Part shown: positions 1 through 7,168 of the stretch, piece after piece
Position numbering within the stretch: the stretch's first letter is position 1
Layout of the letters: every line of letters starts with the position of its first letter
Source of the DNA: Minisyncoccia bacterium
GTDB lineage: Bacteria > Patescibacteriota > Minisyncoccia > Phycocordibacterales > UBA918
Direction of reading: 5' to 3'
DNA: 64,000 nucleotides
NCBI GenBank assembly: GCA_964229335.1
Contig: CAXRCZ010000004.1
Coordinates: 96,001 to 160,000, forward strand
The notes under the pieces: model-generated
Database searches by the model: none
What the model was told of the DNA's origin: nothing
The model's input: only the letters and a program-made list of their open reading frames with translations
Program-made: the position numbers and the translations under genes

Positions 1-199
1 CCTGTCCAGTAAAAGAAAAGATTAATAATTTACCAACTCGGTCAATATCTTCGATAGTCAGGCCAGTAAGCTTCTCTTCAAATTTTTCATCATTGACAAC
101 TGTTTTATCATGCAGCACCTCTACTGCGACAATGGTTTTACCCACCACTGATTTTAGTAGTTGTAGTCGGACGGTTTCTACTTCTGGTAGTTCAGGCAT
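1..199 (-). CDS. mutM: Formamidopyrimidine-DNA glycosylase (5' part; runs off window)
   Basis: Reverse strand from ATG at 199 reads MPELPEVETVRLQL...IDRVGKLLIF, the Fpg N-terminal PELPEVE signature; not in the ORF track. Confidence 0.93.
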   Translation of the reverse strand, partial: MPELPEVETVRLQLLKSVVGKTIVAVEVLHDKTVVNDEKFEEKLTGLTIEDIDRVGKLLIFSFTGQ

Positions 200-261
200 G
201 CACGTATTGTACTGAAAAATAAATAATTCTCACGCTAAAATCTCTATGTTAGGGTTAGCTT

Positions 262-828
262 ATGACTACCTCGAGAAAACACAAGATTGAACTAACGATA
301 GGAATTTTGTTGTTGTTAGGGCTAGCTCTACTAACTTACTCTGTGGGTACAGACAGGATTGTTAGTTTTATCGGAGTAGAAAATACCTACGTAGTGATGT
401 TTGTAATTGCTCTGGTGGGCGGCATGACCCTTATCGGCGGCGTTTCCTACACAGCTAGTATCTTAACTTTCGTGAGCGGTGGAGCCGACCCTTTATTGGT
501 TGGAATATTAGCTGGATTGGGTACTTCGGTCGGGGATAGTGCATACTTTTTAGTCAGTCGTCGCGGACACCAGACGCTTTCAGACGGCTGGTTAAAAAAT
601 AAAATCACTCAAGTTAAACATTGGCTCTCTACACACTCAGATCGTCTTAAGTTCTTATTTATCTATCTCTATATTGGCTTTACACCGCTACCGAATGATC
701 CAGTCACTATTTCTCTTGGGTTAAGCGGAGAAAAAGCCAAGCTGGTCCTACCAGCCCTTATACTAGGCGATGTTACGTTAGCGCTCATCTTGTCATTCTT
801 TGGCAATGAGCTTAGTTCTTTATTATAA
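262..828 (+). CDS. DedA/VTT-like integral membrane protein
   Basis: Multiple TM segments, G(T)SVGDSAYFLVSRRG and FTPLPND motifs. Confidence 0.6.
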   Translation: MTTSRKHKIELTIGILLLLGLALLTYSVGTDRIVSFIGVENTYVVMFVIALVGGMTLIGGVSYTASILTFVSGGADPLLVGILAGLGTSVGDSAYFLVSRRGHQTLSDGWLKNKITQVKHWLSTHSDRLKFLFIYLYIGFTPLPNDPVTISLGLSGEKAKLVLPALILGDVTLALILSFFGNELSSLL

Positions 829-853
829 TGAAAGTAAGATAAGTAAATAAAAT

Positions 854-1168
854 ATGATAACCACCACCACTGAAACTATTCCTAACCGTGAAGTCACTGA
901 AGTGCTCGGTATTGTGCGAGGGAGTACTGTACGTTCACGAAACGTCGGACGCGATATTACTGCAGTAATCAAACATTTGATTGGCGGCGAAATAAGTGAG
1001 TACACCAAGCTACAGGCCTATGCTCGAGAACAAGCGCTGCAACGTATGCAAGAAGATGCCGAGAAACTCGGGGCTGACGCTATTGTAAACGTTAGAATTA
1101 CTACTGCTATGGTCACCACTGGTGCCGCCGAGATACTAGCCTATGGTACCGCTGTTAAATTGAGCTAG
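854..1168 (+). CDS. YbjQ/UPF0145 family protein
   Basis: MITTTTETIP...LGIVRG...GGEISEYTKL...AREQAL.RM...GADAIVNVR...AYGTAV. Confidence 0.92.
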   Translation: MITTTTETIPNREVTEVLGIVRGSTVRSRNVGRDITAVIKHLIGGEISEYTKLQAYAREQALQRMQEDAEKLGADAIVNVRITTAMVTTGAAEILAYGTAVKLS

Positions 1169-1169
1169 T

Positions 1170-1277
1170 ATGGAAGACATTATTGTGGCAGTTGTGTTTG
1201 TCGGATTACTTGGCTACTTTTGCTACCGCCGCTGGCAAGCGGCCAAAAAAGAAACTTTCGAAAAGCGAGATAACTAA
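1170..1277 (+). CDS. 35-aa single-TM small protein
   Basis: MEDIIVAVVFVGLLGYFCYRRWQAAKKETFEKRDN*, ATG 1 nt after the ybjQ stop; below ORF-track cutoff. Confidence 0.6.
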   Translation: MEDIIVAVVFVGLLGYFCYRRWQAAKKETFEKRDN

Positions 1278-1315
1278 CATATTGAATTTATTCTCAAAAC
1301 CGGTACAATGCCTGC

Positions 1316-1488
1316 ACTCGTTTTGACGAGTAAATATTTTCTAAGATAGCGGAGCGGTAGAGTGAGAAAGTCTGGGAGACTTTCGCAAGAGGTTGCCAGC
1401 TCGCAAGAGCGACAACCTGAACAGCTTCTGTAAGAAGTCCGGCGTAGCCGGATGCTCACATGAAGATTGTACGGAGTTATCTGGAAAA
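1316..1488 (+). ncRNA. Candidate multi-branched structured RNA of unknown class upstream of tRNA-Asn
   Basis: Nested helices: ttttct-agatagc/gttatct-ggaaaa, gtgag/ctcac, gaaagtct/agactttc, gctc-GCAA-gagc, tccggc/gccgga; TTGAAT-16-TACAAT promoter upstream. Confidence 0.55.
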
Positions 1489-1505
1489 ATTACAATTAAA
1501 TATAT

Positions 1506-1577
1506 TCCGCGATAGCTCAGCGGTAGAGCATCCGGCTGTTAACCGGCAGGTCGTAGGTTCGAATCCTACTCGCGGAG
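1506..1577 (+). tRNA. tRNA-Asn(GTT)
   Basis: Acceptor TCCGCGA/TCGCGGA, D arm, anticodon loop CT-GTT-AA, GGTTCGAATCC T arm; CCA not encoded. Confidence 0.97.
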
Positions 1578-1650
1578 CAAACGATTTTAGCTAGATATAA
1601 CAACACATTAAAGTTCGAATCCTGTCGAGTTTTTTTGTTATACTCAGAAA

Positions 1651-2139
1651 ATGGAAAAAGAAGTAGTGTGGGTGTTTGGTACTAGTGCCTCTGGGAAAGA
1701 AACTTATATAAACGGAATAGTAGAAGAAGGCAAACACGCCGATAAATTCGAGTACCACGATAAGAAGATAGCTTTCGCCAAATCAAGTATAGAAAATATT
1801 GGTCACTTCGATAATGATCCAATTCTACAGAAACGAACCGAGATAATTGAAGAAGTCAAGAATTTACTAAGAAACAATGATGTTGTGCTAATCAAATGGC
1901 AATTTACAGATTCCGAGGCGGGTAGAGTAGAGGCGCTAAAGACTAGATTTCCAGATGCTAAACATAAAATCGTTGTTCTAGAGACTTCTGATGCAGATTT
2001 GTCTGAAAGGTTGCGAAAAAAGCCGTGGTGGACTGAAGGGGATGATACTCAAAAATGGATTGATGAAGAACGGGAGTTGCTTGCAAAGGAATTAAAGAAA
2101 TATAATGATTTTGAAAAAATCATTCTGAATTTAACGTAA
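1651..2139 (+). CDS. Small P-loop NTPase, nucleoside/nucleotide kinase-like
   Basis: N-terminal beta strand plus Walker A-like GTSASGKET; lid-like ERLRKK. Confidence 0.6.
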   Translation: MEKEVVWVFGTSASGKETYINGIVEEGKHADKFEYHDKKIAFAKSSIENIGHFDNDPILQKRTEIIEEVKNLLRNNDVVLIKWQFTDSEAGRVEALKTRFPDAKHKIVVLETSDADLSERLRKKPWWTEGDDTQKWIDEERELLAKELKKYNDFEKIILNLT

Positions 2140-2249
2140 TAAAAATTCAAACATCATCCCACAAGCGGAGCTGAAACCAAGTGTATTAGTTGACACAATC
2201 TGTTTTTTATTATAAATTAAATTTATAAATTGTTCTTAAGGAGGGTTGA

Positions 2250-2579
2250 ATGGATGACCAACTGGTTGAAGCTAAGACTGGTGCAAAGGAGAAACGGACT
2301 CTGCAGAAGCCAAAGGAGGTAAAGATCTTACTTTCCGTGTGCAATTGCTTTAGTGATGAAAAGCTAACTCTGATAACCGCACGCGCAGAAGAAATCGCTG
2401 GTATTCTCAACATTACAATGGAAGAATTGGAAGATCACGCTATTCGCGCGATGTTTACTGTTGAGCCGCAACTGGTCGCCTGCTGTAAGCAGGTGGAAAT
2501 CGCTGAGATCGTGTTGGAAAAACTTAATCAGCACACACCTTTCATATCAAGACCATGCCACTGGTTCGATTTAGGTTAA
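2250..2579 (+). CDS. Hypothetical protein
   Basis: ORF with GGAGG SD and downstream hairpin/U-run. Confidence 0.55.
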   Translation: MDDQLVEAKTGAKEKRTLQKPKEVKILLSVCNCFSDEKLTLITARAEEIAGILNITMEELEDHAIRAMFTVEPQLVACCKQVEIAEIVLEKLNQHTPFISRPCHWFDLG

Positions 2580-2582
2580 CCG

Positions 2583-2644
2583 AGCCGCACGTCACACATA
2601 GGGGGAAGACATTGTTGAATTCTTTCCCCGCGTGTGGCTTTTTT
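2583..2644 (+). terminator. Probable intrinsic terminator
   Basis: agccgcacg...ggggaag / ctttcccc-g-cgtgtggct followed by T-run. Confidence 0.5.
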
Positions 2645-2745
2645 CATTTACATAAAAAAGTTCGCACCACAAGAGTATTTCCATTTTTATATTCATTCCA
2701 TTTATTAAAAATTAGGTCAACATCATATCGTAAGGAGCAATATAC

Positions 2746-2773
2746 TTGACAAAAAGTACAATTCGTGTATACT
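2746..2773 (+). promoter_or_regulatory. Near-consensus sigma70 promoter
   Basis: TTGACA-16 nt-TATACT. Confidence 0.65.
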
Positions 2774-2832
2774 ATAAGTAGTATTTAGTTTTTTCATGTG
2801 TAGCACCTTTGTTGGGCAATTGGGCCTGACTC

Positions 2833-2900
2833 AAACCGGATGATGATTCTTTCTATATCGGCCTGCTACGGCCGATATAGAAAGAATCTACCGGTTTTTT
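2833..2900 (+). terminator. Long hairpin/terminator
   Basis: Perfect 19-bp stem 2845-2863/2870-2888 plus aaaccgg/ccggttt extension and T-run. Confidence 0.7.
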
Positions 2901-2941
2901 CTTTTATTTATAAAACGCTGTATTTATGCTATATTCAGCCT

Positions 2942-3574
2942 ATGAGCTATACATTTAAAGTAGAAAAAAGAGAAGATAAACTTAAAGACGACAGTCTGTG
3001 CATGGGAGTAGTTTCGTCGGGAAAGATGGAATCTGTACCATTGCAGTTCGATTTACGTGAGTTTAAAAAACTGTATGCAGAAGCGGGTCAAAACAGCATC
3101 ATCACCCTTGAAGGGCTGGATGAGCCAGTTGAGGTAACAATTCAATATGTTGATTTGGCACCGGTTACCAGTGAAGTGCATCACGTCGAATTTCATGCAC
3201 TTGAACGTGGGGTAGAAATGGAAGCAGATATCCCACTCACACTTGCTGGTGAAGCACCGGCTGCCAAACAAGACGCTGTAATAAACCAAGTATTAGATAC
3301 TGTAAGTATTACTTGTCGTCCAAAAGATCTCATCCAGGAGATTGAGGTCGATATGACTTTGTTGAAAGAAGTAGGTGACACAATAAGAGTAAAAGATCTG
3401 ACCGTTCCTTCAACTATCAAGATTACTGATGATCCAGAAACGGTAGTGGTAAATGCATCAGAACCTGCTGCGGAAGAAGAGCCAGAGCCAGCTGAAGAAG
3501 TATCAGAACCAGAATTGGTTGATCAAAAGAACGAGGGTGGCGAAGAAGAAGCTGCGGAAGAAACCGAGGAATAG
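2942..3574 (+). CDS. rplY: 50S ribosomal protein L25/Ctc with acidic tail
   Basis: FKKLYAEAGQNSIITL, HVEFHAL, V.I.C.PKDL.QEIEVD...L..VGDTIRVKDL; start reassigned to ATG 2942. Confidence 0.9.
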   Translation: MSYTFKVEKREDKLKDDSLCMGVVSSGKMESVPLQFDLREFKKLYAEAGQNSIITLEGLDEPVEVTIQYVDLAPVTSEVHHVEFHALERGVEMEADIPLTLAGEAPAAKQDAVINQVLDTVSITCRPKDLIQEIEVDMTLLKEVGDTIRVKDLTVPSTIKITDDPETVVVNASEPAAEEEPEPAEEVSEPELVDQKNEGGEEEAAEETEE

Positions 3575-3746
3575 TCACTTAGTAGCCCTAAAATGTAAGA
3601 GTAAAGGAATAAAAATCTTTACTTTACAACGAACCTGTTATATTATGCGGGCAATCAAATTTCACAAAGGGGGATCTTAACAAGATAATCTAGGTGGTTT
3701 GAGTGGTAGCTTCGGCTACAAGATTATTTAGTTTTAAGTTCCAAAG

Positions 3747-3947
3747 ATGCAAACAGGAAAAATTGCTCGTTTGACTGACAAAGGCTTCGGCTTCATCAGT
3801 CGCGACGGGGAAGAGAAAGATCTTTTCTTCCACGCCAACGAACTAGTAGGAATCGACTACGATTCACTACAAGAAGGAGACGAAGTTTCATTTGAAGTCG
3901 GAGAAGGTCCAAAAGGTCCTAATGCGGTTCAAGTAAGCAAAATCTAA
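3747..3947 (+). CDS. cspA: Cold-shock protein
   Basis: KGFGFI (RNP1), LFFH (RNP2), GPKGPNA. Confidence 0.95.
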   Translation: MQTGKIARLTDKGFGFISRDGEEKDLFFHANELVGIDYDSLQEGDEVSFEVGEGPKGPNAVQVSKI

Positions 3948-3954
3948 GTCAAAC

Positions 3955-3984
3955 ACAAAACCGGCGCCTAGGCGCCGGTTTTGT
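3955..3984. terminator. Palindromic terminator after csp
   Basis: acaaaaccggcgcc-ta-ggcgccggttttgt. Confidence 0.8.
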
Positions 3985-4042
3985 TATATATGTTCTCCAC
4001 TAGAGAACGCTAATTAAAAAGTAAAGACGGTATAATTTTGAT

Positions 4043-4612
4043 ATGCATTCCAAAAAGCGTCGAGGTGGAATCAAGAAGTTTTTTATTATCTTGCTGATAG
4101 TGCTAGGGTACTTCGCTTTTTCGGTGGCTCAGTATGGTGTAGAAGACGGAGTCTTGGTCACAGCTCTTACTTGGGCGTTCTTTGTGTTTTGTACTCCGAT
4201 TGCTGACGCCGCGATTTTGCTAGACTTTCCAATCCGATTGGTAACAGGGATAAAAATGGCCTACGCTGAAATCCTCGTCTGGGGTTTAGCGATAATCTTC
4301 ACCGCAGTAGCTTTTGTTGTATCGCCAGAAATATATACCACCACGCCATTGCTGGTATTGTTTTACGATATTCTGACCACCCCATGGCCGCTGTGGGGAA
4401 TAATTATTTTTTCTGTGATTGGCACCTATTTCTCAATTTATCTGGGTGACGATGTGCTTGATATCACCACCAACCCCAATCATGCGGCAGTGTATCGCCG
4501 TAAAAAGTCTCATATATTAATAGCAGTGGTCGCTTTAGGGTTGTCGATTATTGGATATGCAGCTGTGATAGCGACTACTCAAACATTTATACCTTTTAAC
4601 TTTATTTATTAG
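4043..4612 (+). CDS. Multi-pass membrane protein
   Basis: About 5 hydrophobic segments; FFVFCTPIADA motif. Confidence 0.7.
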   Translation: MHSKKRRGGIKKFFIILLIVLGYFAFSVAQYGVEDGVLVTALTWAFFVFCTPIADAAILLDFPIRLVTGIKMAYAEILVWGLAIIFTAVAFVVSPEIYTTTPLLVLFYDILTTPWPLWGIIIFSVIGTYFSIYLGDDVLDITTNPNHAAVYRRKKSHILIAVVALGLSIIGYAAVIATTQTFIPFNFIY

Positions 4613-4631
4613 ACTATACAATTAAAAAATA

Positions 4632-4970
4632 ATGAAGATTATGGCAATCAACGAAACATCTCTGAAAAGAATAGAATCAATTGCAAATATAATGGACTCT
4701 CGATTTTCTATACTTGGATTTTCTTTTGGGTTGGATGGGCTGATTGGTTTATTGCCGGTGGCTGGTGATACGGTAGGAGGGTTGGTTTCTGTCTATCTGG
4801 TAGTAGAAGCGTATCGGGCTGGTGCTTCAAGCCATCTTGTCAGTCGCATGCTGATAAATGTTCTAATTGACGTCTTTATAGGGTCTATTCCGGTAATTGG
4901 AGACATTTTTGACTTCTTCTTCAAGGTAAACAATCGAAATCTTAAAATGTTGAAGGCACATATTGGATAA
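4632..4970 (+). CDS. DUF4112 family membrane protein
   Basis: MDSRF...FGLDGLIGLLPVAGD...RMLIN..ID..IGSIPVIGDIFD...K.N.RN. Confidence 0.85.
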   Translation: MKIMAINETSLKRIESIANIMDSRFSILGFSFGLDGLIGLLPVAGDTVGGLVSVYLVVEAYRAGASSHLVSRMLINVLIDVFIGSIPVIGDIFDFFFKVNNRNLKMLKAHIG

Positions 4971-5042
4971 AAAAGTACTGAATTTTCACATCTATCATCA
5001 AGCGTAGTATAATAGGAATGTTAACCAATAAAATTGCTCATT

Positions 5043-5351
5043 ATGCTTACCCTATATATCAAAGAAGGTTGTCCATTCTGCCAACGAGTCCTACAAATGG
5101 TTGATAATTTAAAGATTGATCTCGAGACAAAAGACATTAGCGAAGACGAGACCGCTCGCGAAGAGTTGCTGGAAAAGGGTGGTCAGCAACAAGTACCGTT
5201 TTTGGTAGACACAGAAAAAGATACCACCATGTACGAATCAAGTGACATTATTGATTACCTCCGCACAAACTACGCTAATACTGGAGATTCTACAGCCACC
5301 AAACCACGGGTGCATGTTGGAGGTTCGACGTGTGAATCTTGCGAAGGGTAG
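5043..5351 (+). CDS. Glutaredoxin/GST-N-like protein with C-terminal CxxC tail
   Basis: CPFC active site, GG..QVPFLVD, MYESSDIIDYL, terminal CESCEG. Confidence 0.85.
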   Translation: MLTLYIKEGCPFCQRVLQMVDNLKIDLETKDISEDETAREELLEKGGQQQVPFLVDTEKDTTMYESSDIIDYLRTNYANTGDSTATKPRVHVGGSTCESCEG

Positions 5352-5396
5352 TCTTATCGCCCTGCTAACACCTATTAGTCGTTAACTTAGTTTGCT

Positions 5397-5753
5397 ATGG
5401 TAAATTTCACCTATAAATACAACGATAACGAAGAAGCCAAGAAATTGACTCCAATGATGGAGCAGAAATTAATAATCCTTCAAAAATTCATAGACGATGG
5501 GTCTTCTGTACTATGCGAAGTAGAATTTGAAAAAGTCGCTCCGCAAAGCTCAGGAGATATTTATCGAGTGGAGGTAAACGCCACTATTGACGGAACTATG
5601 TATCGAGCCGAAGCGATTGAAAGTAATTTTGAAAAAGCGATTGATGAAGTTCGAAATGAGCTGGATAAAGAATTACGGCGTGCCAAGGGCAAGCGTAAAT
5701 CACGCTTCATGAAAGCAGCTAGAAAAATAAAAAGTAACTTTACCCGCCGTTAG
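5397..5753 (+). CDS. hpf: Ribosome hibernation factor HPF/RaiA family
   Basis: YRVEVN...YRAEA....FEKAIDEVRNELDKELRRAKGK. Confidence 0.8.
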   Translation: MVNFTYKYNDNEEAKKLTPMMEQKLIILQKFIDDGSSVLCEVEFEKVAPQSSGDIYRVEVNATIDGTMYRAEAIESNFEKAIDEVRNELDKELRRAKGKRKSRFMKAARKIKSNFTRR

Positions 5754-6624
5754 TACCGGCCAAGTAGGAGTCAAATTCCATTTCCGATTTGCCGGCCGGC
5801 ACCACTCTCTCTATAAGTAATTGTCCGTTATCTGTAAGGGTAGCGGATTTTACTTTTACCCGAGTATCGTTGTAAACAAAAAAGGCATCACCAATACCAG
5901 CCCAGGCGTATATTTTGTGCAACGTGTTAACGGCTTCGTCTCCCGTGGGTAATTTATAAGGATTAATATCTATTTGGTTGTTTGGTTTTTGGAATTTTTT
6001 AGTGTAGGTGGCCGACTCGTGCTCTTGTTCCACTGGAAGAATGTCTCCACTGAGCCACTGCGGTATAGTCTCAGTCAGTAGCGTAGCGCCTGCCTTTGCC
6101 AGTAACGAATCTAGTGCTGGACCTGTAAGTGGCCACAGCTTTGTGATATCGAATTTTTCTTGTGCTAGTAATGGACCATGATCCATTTTTTCATCCATCA
6201 GCATAATACTTACTCCGACGTACTCTGGAGTGTTGTCGAGAATAGCTGTTCTGATTGGGCTCGGTCCACGTAATTTTGGAAGTAGGGAAGGGTGAACATT
6301 TATCGTTCCATGACGAGGAAGGGTAATAAGCCAGCTTGGCAGTATCGAGTTGTATGCCACTACTATAAATAAATCCCAATCTGATTGAGAGAGTTCAATG
6401 ACATCTTCAGGATTTTTATAAGATGTAGGTTGCAGTGTTGGTACGGAATGTTTTTCTCCCCAGATTTTTACAGCGGGTGCGGTCATTTTTAGACCACGAC
6501 CAGTTGGTCTATCTGGGCTACACACAATCAAATCAGGTTTGATACCCACTTCTAGCAGTACTTCCAGTGTCGGCACACCTAGCGGTTCACCTCCAAAGAA
6601 AACAATTTTATTCGGTTGCTTCAT
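5740..6624 (-). CDS. fmt: Methionyl-tRNA formyltransferase
   Basis: IVFFG, PDRPTGRG, INVHPSLLPKLRGPSPI, MDHGP; start reassigned to 6624. Confidence 0.95.
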   Translation of the reverse strand: MKQPNKIVFFGGEPLGVPTLEVLLEVGIKPDLIVCSPDRPTGRGLKMTAPAVKIWGEKHSVPTLQPTSYKNPEDVIELSQSDWDLFIVVAYNSILPSWLITLPRHGTINVHPSLLPKLRGPSPIRTAILDNTPEYVGVSIMLMDEKMDHGPLLAQEKFDITKLWPLTGPALDSLLAKAGATLLTETIPQWLSGDILPVEQEHESATYTKKFQKPNNQIDINPYKLPTGDEAVNTLHKIYAWAGIGDAFFVYNDTRVKVKSATLTDNGQLLIERVVPAGKSEMEFDSYLAGTNGG

Positions 6625-7138
6625 GTAAATCTTGTGGCTTTTTATCAACTGGCCATGTCTTTTCGGCGCGGTCAATAAAGAGAATTCCATCTAGGTGGTC
6701 ACACTCATGTTGAATAATTTGTGCCAGCAAGCCTCCAGCTCCGCGGGTGTATTCTTGGCCATTTTCGTCTAGTGCTCTAAGAGTTACATTAGTGTGGCGT
6801 CTTACTAATCCATAGTGAGAAGGTACTGATAAGCAGCCTTCACCAACCTCGTGAGTTTTCTTCGACGTTTTGACAATTTTTGGATTGATAGCTACTAGTG
6901 TCGGAAATCGTTCTTCCTTACTATCACTTTGGTCCTCAATTAGAAACATTCTTTTCGCTACTCCTACTTGAGGAGCAGCAATAGCGACGGCTGCAAAGCC
7001 ATCGACATTGTAATCTTTGATTGCTGTCCGTAGACCCTTTAATAATTTAGATACAGTACCGTTAGAAAAATCTTCCTGACTTAGCTCTTCAGATATAGTA
7101 TGTAGCGCTGGATGATCTTGAGAAACTAGCTTTTTCAT
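6608..7138 (-). CDS. def: Peptide deformylase
   Basis: AIAAPQVG, EGCLS, QHECDHLDG. Confidence 0.96.
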   Translation of the reverse strand: MKKLVSQDHPALHTISEELSQEDFSNGTVSKLLKGLRTAIKDYNVDGFAAVAIAAPQVGVAKRMFLIEDQSDSKEERFPTLVAINPKIVKTSKKTHEVGEGCLSVPSHYGLVRRHTNVTLRALDENGQEYTRGAGGLLAQIIQHECDHLDGILFIDRAEKTWPVDKKPQDLHEATE

Positions 7139-7168
7139 AATGTGGACTATAGCAAAAAAAGGTCTACT

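Noticed and set aside
1360-1450. RNase P RNA-like words (GAGAAAGTCTGGG; AGAAGTCCGGCGTA)
   Set aside because: Only ~65 nt apart, far too short for the catalytic domain, and both segments are better explained by local hairpins
2840-2941. N-terminal extensions in the ORF track (rplY; likewise fmt, holB, rsmH, recombinase, leader ORFs A and C)
   Set aside because: They run through hairpins, promoters or neighbouring genes; downstream ATGs fit the family N-termini
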